From assembly GCF_009914755.1 (NCBI RefSeq), contig NC_060932.1: a stretch of DNA of 64,000 nt. One strand, given 5' to 3'. The notes under the pieces are model-generated. The model saw only the letters and a program-made list of their open reading frames with translations, did not search any database and had not been told where the DNA came from. Position numbers and translations under genes: made by a program. Of this stretch, positions 52,901 to 64,000 are shown piece after piece. The DNA is from the human T2T-CHM13v2.0 reference genome, Homo sapiens. The first letter of the stretch is position 1. Each line of letters begins with the position of its first letter.

Positions 52901-52963
52901 GAGGATATTTGGATAGCTGTGAGGATTTCGTTGGAAACGGGAATGTCTTCAAAGAAAATCTAG
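43960..52963 (+). repeat. Block 15+15+15+8 (9004 bp), super-unit copy 2
   Basis: Unit starts 43960, 46509, 49058, 51608. Same lengths and marker order as 34956-43959. Confidence 0.88.
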
Positions 52964-55675
52964 ACAGAAGCATTCTCAGAAACACCTTCGTGATGTTTGC
53001 AATCAAGTCACAGAGTTGAACCTTCCGTTTCATAGAGCAGGTTGGAAACACTCTTATTGTAGTATCTGGAAGTGGACATTTGGAGCGCTTTCAGGCCTAT
53101 GGTGAAAAAGGAAATATCTTCCCATAAAAACGACATAGAAGCTATCTCAGGAACTTGTTTATGATGCATCTAATCAACTAACAGTGTTGAACCTTTGTAC
53201 TGACAGAGCAGTTTGAAACACTCTTTTTTTGGAATCTGCAAGTGGATATTTGGATCGCTTTGAGGATTTCGTTGGAAACGGGATGCAATATAAAACGTAC
53301 ACAGCAGCATACTCAGAAAATACTTTGCCATATTTCCATTCAAGTCACAGAGTGGAACATTCCCATTCATAGAGCAGGTTGGAAACACTCTTTTTGGAGT
53401 ATCTGGAAGTGGACATTTGGAGCGCTTTCTGAACTATGGTGAAAAAGGAAATATCTTCCAATGAAAACAAGACAGAAGCATTCTGAGAAACTTATTTGTG
53501 ATGTGTGTCCTCAACAAACGGACTTGAACCTTTCGTTTCATGCAGTACTTCTGGAACACTCTTTTTGAAGATTCTGCATGCGGATATTTGGATAGCTTTG
53601 AGGATTTCGTTGGAAACGGGCTTACATGTAAAAATTAGACAGCAGCATTCTCAGAAACTTCTTTGTGGTGTCTGCATTCAAGTCACAGAATTGAACTTCC
53701 CCTCACATAGAGCAGTTGTGCAGCACTCTATTTGTAGTATCTGGAAGTGGACATTTGGAGGGCTTTGTAGCCTATCTGGAAAAAGGAAATATCTTCCCAT
53801 GAATGCGAGATAGAAGTAATCTCAGAAACATGTTTATGCTGTATCTACTCAACTAACTGTGCTGAACATTTCTATTGATAGAGCAGTTTTGAGACACTCT
53901 TCTTTTGGAATCTGCAAGTGGATATTTGGATAGATTTGAGGATTTCGTTGGAAACGGGATTATAGATCAAAAGTAGACAGCAGCATTCTCAGAAACTTCT
54001 TTGTGATGTTTGCATCCAGCTCTCAGAGTTGAACATTCCCTTTCATAGAGTAGGTTTGAAACCCTCTTTTTATAGTGTCTGGAAGCGGGCATTTGGAGCG
54101 CATTCAGGCCTATGCTTAAAATAGGAAATATCTACCTACAGAAACTAGACAGAAGCATTCTGAGAATCACGTTTGTGATGTGGGTACTCAACTAACAGTG
54201 TTGATCCATTCTTTTGATACAGCAGTTTTGAACCACACTTTTTGTAGAATCTGCAAGAGGATATTTGGATAGCTGTGAGGATTTCGTTGGAAACGGGAAT
54301 GTCTTCAAAGAAAATCTAGACAGAAGCATTCTCAGAAACACCTTCGTGATGTTTGCAATCAAGTCACAGAGTTGAACCTTCCGTTTCATAGAGCAGGTTG
54401 GAAACACTCTTATTGTAGTATCTGGAAGTGGACATTTGGAGCGCTTTCAGGCCTATGGTGAAAAAGGAAATATCTTCCCATAAAAACGACATAGAAGCTA
54501 TCTCAGGAACTTGTTTATGATGCATCTAATCAACTAACAGTGTTGAACCTTTGTACTGACAGAGCAGTTTGAAACACTCTTTTTTTGGAATCTGCAAGTG
54601 GATATTTGGATCGCTTTGAGGATTTCGTTGGAAACGGGATGCAATATAAAACGTACACAGCAGCATACTCAGAAAATACTTTGCCATATTTCCATTCAAG
54701 TCACAGAGTGGAACATTCCCATTCATAGAGCAGGTTTGAAACACTCTTTTTGGAGTATCTGGAAGTGGACATTTGGAGCGCTTTCTGAACTATGGTGAAA
54801 AAGGAAATATCTTCCAATGAAAACAAGACAGAAGCATTCTGAGAAACTTATTTGTGATGTGTGTCCTCAACAAACGGACTTGAACCTTTCGTTTCATGCA
54901 GTACTTCTGGAACACTCTTTTTGAAGATTCTGCATGTGGATATTTGGATAGCTTTGAGGATTTCGTTGGAAACGGGCTTACATGTAAAAATTAGACAGCA
55001 GCATTCTCAGAAACTTCTTTGTGGTGTCTGCATTCAAGTCACAGAATTGAACTTCCCCTCACATAGAGCAGTTGTGCAGCACTCTATTTGTAGTATCTGG
55101 AAGTGGACATTTGGAGGGCTTTGTAGCCTATCTGGAAAAAGGAAATATCTTCCCATGAATGCGAGATAGAAGTAATCTCAGAAACATGTTTATGCTCTAT
55201 CTACTCAACTAACTGTGCTGAACATTTCTATTGATAGAGCAGTTTTGAGACACTCTTCTTTTGGAATCTGCAAGTGGATATTTGGATAGATTTGAGGATT
55301 TCGTTGGAAACGCGATTATATATAAAAAGTAGACAGCAGCATTCTCAGAAACTTCTTTGTGATGTTTGCATCCAGCTCTCAGAGTTGAGCATTCCCTTTC
55401 ATAGAGTAGGTTTGAAACCCTCTTTTTATAGTGTCTGGAAGCGGGCATTTGGAGCGCTTTCAGGCCTATGCTTAAAATAGGAAATATCTACCTACAGAAA
55501 CTAGACAGAAGCATTCTGAGAATCACGTTTGTGATGTGGGTACTCAACTAACAGTGTTGATCCATTCTTTTGATACAGCAGTTTTGAACCACACTTTTTG
55601 TAGAATCTGCAAGTGGATATTTGGATAGCTGTGAAGATTTCGTTGGAAACGGGAATGTCTTCAAAGAAAATCTAG
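52964..55675 (+). repeat. Two further 8-mer HORs
   Basis: Starts 52964 and 54320; period 1356. Confidence 0.92.
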
Positions 55676-58600
55676 ACAGAAGCATTCTCAGAAACACCTT
55701 CGTGATGTTTGCAATCAAGTCACAGAGTTGAACCTTCCGTTTCATAGAGCAGGTTGGAAACACTCTTATTGTAGTATCTGGAAGTGGACATTTGGAGCGC
55801 TTTCAGGCCTATGGTGAAAAAGGAAATATCTTCCCATAAAAACGACATAGAAGCTATCTCAGGAACTTGTTTATGATGCATCTAATCAACTAACAGTGTT
55901 GAACCTTTGTACTGACAGAGCAGTTTGAAACACTCTTTTTTTGGAATCTGCAAGTGGATATTTGGATCGCTTTGAGGATTTCGTTGGAAACGGGATGCAA
56001 TATAAAACGTACACAGCAGCATACTCAGAAAATACTTTGCCATATTTCCATTCAAGTCACAGAGTGGAACATTCCCATTCATAGAGCAGGTTGGAAACAC
56101 TCTTTTTGGAGTATCTGGAAGTGGACATTTGGAGCGCTTTCTGAACTATGGTGAAAAAGGAAATATCTTCCAATGAAAACAAGACAGAAGCATTCTGAGA
56201 AACTTATTTGTGATGTGTGTCCTCAACAAACGGACTTGAACCTTTCGTTTCATGCAGTACTTCTGGAACACTCTTTTTGAAGATTCTGCATGCGGATATT
56301 TGGATAGCTTTGAGGATTTCGTTGGAAACGGGCTTACATGTAAAAATTAGACAGCAGCATTCTCAGAAACTTCTTTGTGGTGTCTGCATTCAAGTCACAG
56401 AATTGAACTTCCCCTCACATAGAGCAGTTGTGCAGCACTCTATTTGTAGTATCTGGAAGTGGACATTTGGAGGGCTTTGTAGCCTATCTGGAAAAAGGAA
56501 ATATCTTCCCATGAATGCGAGATAGAAGTAATCTCAGAAACATGTTTATGCTGTATCTACTCAACTAACTGTGCTGAACATTTCTATTGATAGAGCAGTT
56601 TTGAGACACTCTTCTTTTGGAATCTGCAAGTGGATATTTGGATAGATTTGAGGATTTCGTTGGAAACGGGATTATATATAAAAAGTAGACAGCAGCATTC
56701 TCAGAAACTTCTTTGTGATGTTTGCATCCAGCTCTCAGAGTTGAACATTCCCTTTCATAGAGTAGGTTTGAAACCCTCTTTTTATAGTGTCTGGAAGCGG
56801 GCATTTGGAGCGCTTTCAGGCCTATGCTGAAAAAGGAAATATCTACCTATAGAAACTAGACAGAAGCATTCTGAGAATCACGTTTGTGATGTGGGTACTC
56901 AACTAACAGTGTTGATCCATTCTTTTGATACAGCAGTTTTGAACCACACTTTTTGTAGAATCTGCAAGTGGATATTTGGATAGCTGTGAGGATTTCGTTG
57001 GAAACGGGAATGTCTTCATAGAAAATTTAGACAGAAGCATTCTCAGAACCTTGATTGTGATGTGTGTTCTCCACTAACAGAGTTGAACCTTTCTTTTGAC
57101 AGAACTGTTCTGAAACATTCTTTTTGTAGAATCTGGAAGTGGATATTTGGAAAGCTTTGAGGATTTCGTTGGAAACGGGAATATCTTCAAATCAAATCTA
57201 GCCAGAAGCATTCTAAGAAACATCTTAGGGATGTTTACATTCAAGTCACAGAGTTGAACATTCCCTTTCACAGAGCAGGTTTGAAACAATCTTCTCGTAC
57301 TATCTGGCAGTGGACATTTTGAGCTCCTTGGGGCCTATGCTGAAAAAGGAAATATCTTCCGACAAAAACTAGACAGAAGCATTCGCAGAATCACGTTTGT
57401 GATGTGTGCACTCAACTGTCAGAATTGAACCTTGGTTTGGACAGAGCACTTTTGAAACACTCTTTTTGTAGAATCTGCAGGTGGATATTTGGCTAGCTTT
57501 GAGGATTTCGTTGGAAACGGTAATGTCTTCAAAGAAAATCTAGACAGAAGCATTCTCAGAAACACCTTCGTGATGTTTGCAATCAAGTCACAGAGTTGAA
57601 CCTTCCGTTTCATAGAGCAGGTTGGAAACACTCTTTTTGTAGTATCTGGAAGTGGACATTTGGAGCGCTTTCAGGCCTATGGTGAAAAAGGAAATATCTT
57701 CCCATAAAAACGACATAGAAGCTATCTCAGGAACTTGTTTATGATGCATCTAATCAACTAACAGTGTTGAACCTTTGTACTGACAGAGCAGTTTGAAACA
57801 CTCTTTTTTTGGAATCTGCAAGTGGATATTTGGATCGCTTTGAGGATTTCGTTGGAAACGGGATGCAATATAAAACGTACACAGCAGCATACTCAGAAAA
57901 TACTTTGCCATATTTCCATTCAAGTCACAGAGTGGAACATTCCCATTCATAGAGCAGGTTTGAAACACTCTTTTTGGAGTATCTGGAAGTGGACATTTGG
58001 AGCGCTTTCTGAACTATGGTGAAAAAGGAAATATCTTCCAATGAAAACAAGACAGAAGCATTCTGAGAAACTTATTTGTGATGTGTGTCCTCAACAAACG
58101 GACTTGAACCTTTCGTTTCATGCAGTACTTCTGGAACACTCTTTTTGAAGATTCTGCATGCGGATATTTGGATAGCTTTGAGGATCTCGTTGGAAACGGG
58201 CTTACATGTAAAAATTAGACAGCAGCATTCTCAGAAACTTCTTTGTGGTGTCTGCATTCAAGTCACAGAATTGAACATCCCCTCACATAGAGCAGTTGTG
58301 CAGCACTCTATTTGTAGTATCTGGAAGTGGACATTTGGAGGGCTTTGTAGCCTATCTGGAAAAAGGAAATATCTTCCCATGAATGCGAGATAGAAGTAAT
58401 CTCAGAAACATGTTTATGCTGTATCTACTCAACTAACTGTGCTGAACATTTCTATTGATAGAGCAGTTTTGAGACACTCTTCTTTTGGAATCTGCAAGTG
58501 GATATTTGGATAGATTTGAGGATTTCGTTGGAAACGGGATTATATATAAAAAGTAGACAGCAGCATTCTCAGAAACTTCTTTGTGATGTTTGCATCCAGC

Positions 58601-59411
58601 TCTCAGAGTTGAACATTCCCTTTCATAGAGTAGGTTTGAAACCCTCTTTTTATAGTGTCTGGAAGTGGGCATTTGGAGCGCTTTCAGGCCTATGCTGAAA
58701 AAGGAAATATCTACCTATAGAAACTAGACAGAAGCATTCTGAGAATCACGTTTGTGATGTGGGTACTCAACTAACAGTGTTGATCCATTCTTTTGATACA
58801 GAAGTTTTGAACCACACTTTTTGTAGAATCTGCAAGTGGATATTTGGATAGCTGTGAGGATTTCGTTGGAAACGGGAATGTCTTCATAGAAAATTTAGAC
58901 AGAAGCATTCTCAGAACCTTGATTGTGATGTGTGTTCTCCACTAACAGAGTTGAACCTTTCTTTTGACAGAACTGTTCTGAAACATTCTTTTTATAGAAT
59001 CTGGAAGTGGATATTTGGAAAGCTTTGAGGATTTCGTTGGAAACTGGAATATCTTCAAATCAAATCTAGCCAGAAGCATTCTAAGAAACATCTTAGGGAT
59101 GTTTACATTCAAGTCACAGAGTTGAACATTCCCTTTCACAGAGCAGGTTTGAAACAATCTTCTCGTACTATCTGGCAGTGGACATTTTGAGCTCCTTGGG
59201 GCCTATGCTGAAAAAGGAAATATCTTCCGACAAAAACTAGACAGAAGCATTCGCAGAATCACGTTTGTGATGTGTGCACTCAACTGTCAGAATTGAACCT
59301 TGGTTTGGACAGAGCACTTTTGAAACACTCTTTTTGTAGAATCTGCAGGTGGATATTTGGCTAGCTTTGAGGATTTCGTTGGAAACGGTAATGTCTTCAA
59401 AGAAAATCTAG
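55676..59411 (+). repeat. Two tandem 11-mer HORs (1868 bp each)
   Basis: Starts 55676 and 57544. Confidence 0.9.
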
Positions 59412-61797
59412 ACAGAAGCATTCTCAGAAACACCTTCGTGATGTTTGCAATCAAGTCACAGAGTTGAACCTTCCGTTTCATAGAGCAGGTTGGAAACACT
59501 CTTTTTGTAGTATCTGGAAGTGGACATTTGGAGGGCTTTGTAGCCTATCTGGAAAAAGGAAATATCTTCCCATGAATGCGAGATAGAAGTAATCTCAGAA
59601 ACATGTTTATGCTGTATCTACTCAACTAACTGTGCTGAACATTTCTATTGATAGAGCAGTTTTGAGACACTCTTCTTTTGGAATCTGCAAGTGGATATTT
59701 GGATAGATTTGAGGATTTCGTTGGAAACGGGATTATATATCAAAAGTAGACAGCAGCATTCTCAGAAACTTCTTTGTGATGTTTGCATCCAGCTCTCAGA
59801 GTTGAACATTCCCTTTCATAGAGTAGGTTTGAAACCCTCTTTTTATAGTGTCTGGAAGCGGGCATTTGGAGCGCTTTCAGGCCTATGCTGAAAAAGGAAA
59901 TATCTACCTATAGAAACTAGACAGAAGCATTCTGAGAATCACGTTTGTGATGTGGGTACTCAACTAACAGTGTTGATCCATTCTTTTGATACAGCAGTTT
60001 TGAACCACACTTTTTGTAGAATCTGCAAGTGGATATTTGGATAGCTGTGAGGATTTCGTTGGAAACGGGAATGTCTTCATAGAAAATTTAGACAGAAGCA
60101 TTCTCAGAACCTTGATTGTGATGTGTGTTCTCCACTAACAGAGTTGAACCTTTCTTTTGACAGAACTGTTCTGAAACATTCTTTTTATAGAATCTGGAAG
60201 TGGATATTTGGAAAGCTTTGAGGATTTCGTTGGAAACGGGAATATCTTCAAATAAAATCTAGCCAGAAGCATTCTAAGAAACATCTTAGGGATGTTTACA
60301 TTCAAGTCACAGAGTTGAACATTCCCTTTCACAGAGCAGGTTTGAAACAATCTTCTCGTACTATCTGGCAGTGGACATTTTGAGCTCCTTGGGGCCTATG
60401 CTGAAAAAGGAAATATCTTCCGACAAAAACTAGACAGAAGCATTCGCAGAATCACGTTTGTGATGTGTGCACTCAACTGTCAGAATTGAACCTTGGTTTG
60501 GACAGAGCACTTTTGAAACACTCTTTTTGTAGAATCTGCAGGTGGATATTTGGCTAGCTTTGAGGATTTCGTTGGAAACGGTAATGTCTTCAAAGAAAAT
60601 CTAGACAGAAGCATTCTCAGAAACACCTTCGTGATGTTTGCAATCAAGTCACAGAGTTGAACCTTCCGTTTCATAGAGCAGGTTGGAAACACTCTTTTTG
60701 TAGTATCTGGAAGTGGACATTTGGAGGGCTTTGTAGCCTATCTGGAAAAAGGAAATATCTTCCCATGAATGCGAGATAGAAGTAATCTCAGAAACATGTT
60801 TATGCTGTATCTACTCAACTAACTGTGCTGAACATTTCTATTGATAGAGCAGTTTTGAGACACTCTTCTTTTGGAATCTGCAAGTGGATATTTGGATAGA
60901 TTTGAGGATTTCGTTGGAAACGGGATTATATATCAAAAGTAGACAGCAGCATTCTCAGAAACTTCTTTGTGATGTTTGCATCCAGCTCTCAGAGTTGAAC
61001 ATTCCCTTTCATAGAGTAGGTTTGAAACCCTCTTTTTATAGTGTCTGGAAGCGGGCATTTGGAGCGCTTTCAGGCCTATGCTGAAAAAGGAAATATCTAC
61101 CTATAGAAACTAGACAGAAGCATTCTGAGAATCACGTTTGTGATGTGGGTACTCAACTAACAGTGTTGATCCATTCTTTTGATACAGCAGTTTTGAACCA
61201 CACTTTTTGTAGAATCTGCAAGTGGATATTTGGATAGCTGTGAGGATTTCGTTGGAAACGGGAATGTCTTCATAGAAAATTTAGACAGAAGCATTCTCAG
61301 AACCTTGATTGTGATGTGTGTTCTCCACTAACAGAGTTGAACCTTTCTTTTGACAGAACTGTTCTGAAACATTCTTTTTATAGAATCTGGAAGTGGATAT
61401 TTGGAAAGCTTTGAGGATTTCGTTGGAAACGGGAATATCTTCAAATAAAATCTAGCCAGAAGCATTCTAAGAAACATCTTAGGGATGTTTACATTCAAGT
61501 CACAGAGTTGAACATTCCCTTTCACAGAGCAGGTTTGAAACAATCTTCTCGTACTATCTGGCAGTGGACATTTTGAGCTCCTTGGGGCCTATGCTGAAAA
61601 AGGAAATATCTTCCGACAAAAACTAGACAGAAGCATTCGCAGAATCACGTTTGTGATGTGTGCACTCAACTGTCAGAATTGAACCTTGGTTTGGACAGAG
61701 CACTTTTGAAACACTCTTTTTGTAGAATCTGCAGGTGGATATTTGGCTAGCTTTGAGGATTTCGTTGGAAACGGTAATGTCTTCAAAGAAAATCTAG
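59412..61797 (+). repeat. Two tandem 7-mer HORs (1193 bp; M1/5 hybrid, M6-M11)
   Basis: Starts 59412 and 60605; M2-M4 absent. Confidence 0.92.
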
Positions 61798-62819
61798 ACA
61801 GAAGCATTCTCAGAAACACCTTCGTGATGTTTGCAATCAAGTCACAGAGTTGAACCTTCCGTTTCATAGAGCAGGTTGGAAACACTCTTTTTGTAGTATC
61901 TGGAAGTGGACATTTGGAGGGCTTTGTAGCCTATCTGGAAAAAGGAAATATCTTCCCATGAATGCGAGATAGAAGTAATCTCAGAAACATGTTTATGCTG
62001 TATCTACTCAACTAACTGTGCTGAACATTTCTATTGATAGAGCAGTTTTGAGACACTCTTCTTTTGGAATCTGCAAGTGGATATTTGGATAGATTTGAGG
62101 ATTTCGTTGGAAACGGGATTATATATCAAAAGTAGACAGCAGCATTCTCAGAAACTTCTTTGTGATGTTTGCATCCAGCTCTCAGAGTTGAACATTCCCT
62201 TTCATAGAGTAGGTTTGAAACCCTCTTTTTATAGTGTCTGGAAGCGGGCATTTGGAGCGCTTTCAGGCCTATGCTGAAAAAGGAAATATCTACCTATAGA
62301 AACTAGACAGAAGCATTCTGAGAATCACGTTTGTGATGTGGGTACTCAACTAACAGTGTTGATCCATTCTTTTGATACAGCAGTTTTGAACCACACTTTT
62401 TGTAGAATCTGGAAGTGGATATTTGGAAAGCTTTGAGGATTTCGTTGGAAACGGGAATATCTTCAAATAAAATCTAGCCAGAAGCATTCTAAGAAACATC
62501 TTAGGGATGTTTACATTCAAGTCACAGAGTTGAACATTCCCTTTCACAGAGCAGGTTTGAAACAATCTTCTCGTACTATCTGGCAGTGGACATTTTGAGC
62601 TCCTTGGGGCCTATGCTGAAAAAGGAAATATCTTCCGACAAAAACTAGACAGAAGCATTCGCAGAATCACGTTTGTGATGTGTGCACTCAACTGTCAGAA
62701 TTGAACCTTGGTTTGGACAGAGCACTTTTGAAACACTCTTTTTGTAGAATCTGCAGGTGGATATTTGGCTAGCTTTGAGGATTTCGTTGGAAACGGTAAT
62801 GTCTTCAAAGAAAATCTAG
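61798..62819 (+). repeat. 6-mer HOR variant (1022 bp) with an M8/M9 hybrid monomer
   Basis: 1193-171 = 1022. The monomer starts as M8 (gaatcacg...ccacac) and continues as M9 (ctggaagtggatatttggaaag...aatatcttcaaataaaatctagcc). The chimeric ORF 62350-62565 confirms this. Confidence 0.92.
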
Positions 62820-64000
62820 ACAGAAGAATTCTCAGAAACACCTTCGTGATGTTTGCAATCAAGTCACAGAGTTGAACCTTCCGTTTCATAGAGCAGGTTG
62901 GAAACACTCTTTTTGTAGTATCTGGAAGTGGACATTTGGAGGGCTTTGTAGCCTATCTGGAAAAAGGAAATATCTTCCCATGAATGCGAGATAGAAGTAA
63001 TCTCAGAAACATGTTTATGCTGTATCTACTCAACTAACTGTGCTGAACATTTCTATTGATAGAGCAGTTTTGAGACACTCTTCTTTTGGAATCTGCAAGT
63101 GGATATTTGGATAGATTTGAGGATTTCGTTGGAAACGGGATTATATATAAAAAGTAGACAGCAGCATTCTCAGAAACTTCTTTGTGATGTTTGCATCCAG
63201 CTCTCAGAGTTGAACATTCCCTTTCATAGAGTAGGTTTGAAACCCTCTTTTTATAGTGTCTGGAAGCGGGCATTTGGAGCGCTTTCAGGCCTATGCTGAA
63301 AAAGGAAATATCTACCTATAGAAACTAGACAGAAGCATTCTGAGAATCACGTTTGTGATGTGGGTACTCAACTAACAGTGTTGATCCATTCTTTTGATAC
63401 AGCAGTTTTGAACCACACTTTTTGTAGAATCTGCAAGTGGATATTTGGATAGCTGTGAGGATTTCGTTGGAAACGGGAATGTCTTCATAGAAAATTTAGA
63501 CAGAAGCATTCTCAGAACCTTGATTGTGATGTGTGTTCTCCACTAACAGAGTTGAACCTTTCTTTTGACAGAACTGTTCTGAAACATTCTTTTTGTAGAA
63601 TCTGGAAGTGGATATTTGGAAAGCTTTGAGGATTTCGTTGGAAACGGGAATATCTTCAAATAAAATCTAGCCAGAAGCATTCTAAGAAACATCTTAGGGA
63701 TGTTTACATTCAAGTCACAGAGTTGAACATTCCCTTTCACAGAGCAGGTTTGAAACAATCTTCTCGTACTATCTGGCAGTGGACATTTTGAGCTCCTTGG
63801 GGCCTATGCTGAAAAAGGAAATATCTTCCGACAAAAACTAGACAGAAGCATTCGCAGAATCACGTTTGTGATGTGTGCATCAACTGTCAGAATTGAACCT
63901 TGGTTTGGACAGAGCACTTTTGAAACACTCTTTTTGTAGAATCTGCAGGTGGATATTTGGCTAGCTTTGAGGATTTCGTTGGAAAGGGTAATGTCTTCAA
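62820..64000 (+). repeat. 7-mer HOR, truncated by the window end
   Basis: M1/5, M6-M10 and most of M11; 1-bp deletion at 63879/63880. Confidence 0.9.

Larger units (their letters stand above)
1..64000 (+). repeat. D8Z2: Centromeric alpha-satellite higher-order-repeat array (SF2 dimeric type), probably human chr8 D8Z2 / S2C8H1L
   Basis: Continuous 166-172 bp monomers with alphoid motifs (cattctcagaaac, gagttgaac, ggatatttgg, tttcgttggaaacggga, ctatggtgaaaaaggaa). HOR sizes are 1868/1869, 1356, 1193, 681 and composite 2549/2550 bp, matching my recollection of the D8Z2 11/8/7/4/15-mers. M6 carries aactgtgctgaacatttctattgatag (~892-918), which I recall as the reverse complement of a chr8-specific alphoid primer. 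The alpha-satellite call is essentially certain; the chromosome assignment rests on memory. Confidence 0.9.

Noticed and set aside
207-63758. About two hundred recurring 66-102 aa ORFs on both strands (MDIWI..., MFPTCS..., MSSTNG...)
   Set aside because: They are chance reading frames of alphoid monomers recurring at HOR period. Many start at GTG/TTG, overlap on opposite strands, resemble no real protein family I recognise, and are opened or closed freely by single SNVs.
1-64000. CRISPR-like array (conserved gaggatttcgttggaaacggg separated by variable sequence)
   Set aside because: The intervening sequences are 150-320 bp, homologous to each other and periodic. The motif is the CENP-B box, and there are no cas genes.
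1-64000. L1/Alu insertion, inversion or non-satellite island
   Set aside because: HOR unit lengths sum exactly across the window with no unexplained bases, and all boxes are on the same strand.
1-64000. Assignment to other SF2 arrays (chr13/21 11-mer, chr14/22 8-mer, chr9, chr15)
   Set aside because: The combined 11/8/7/4 set, 2550-bp composite and recalled chr8 primer motif fit D8Z2 better. Not formally excluded without an HMM or BLAST search.

Overview
The whole 64 kb window is primate centromeric alpha-satellite DNA: uninterrupted head-to-tail 166-172 bp monomers in one orientation. I saw no genes, transposon insertions or inversions. pJalpha-box (A) and CENP-B-box (B) monomers alternate, as in suprachromosomal family 2. 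It is most likely the live human chromosome 8 array D8Z2 (S2C8H1L), judged from the 11/8/7/4-mer HOR set, the 2550-bp 15-mer and a recalled chr8 primer motif. I numbered monomers M1-M11 from position 1 (starts 1, 172, 338, 509, 676, 847, 1014, 1186, 1357, 1528, 1699). With that numbering the window parses exactly as 11,4,11,4,(8 x16),11,4,11,7,4,11,11,4,11,4,11,4,8,11,4,11,4,11,4,8,8,8,11,11,7,7,6,7(truncated). Every ORF in the track is a by-product of the repeat, so I found no new protein-coding system. The interesting signal is architectural. Two deletion junctions combine to generate the four common HOR sizes. There is also an SNV-supported 9004-bp (53-monomer) tandem super-repeat with a variable-copy 8-mer slot, a singleton 6-mer, an apparently independent second M8/M11 junction, and HOR-type-dependent CENP-B box density. 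All comparisons were made by eye and from ORF-track spacing, not by computed alignment.
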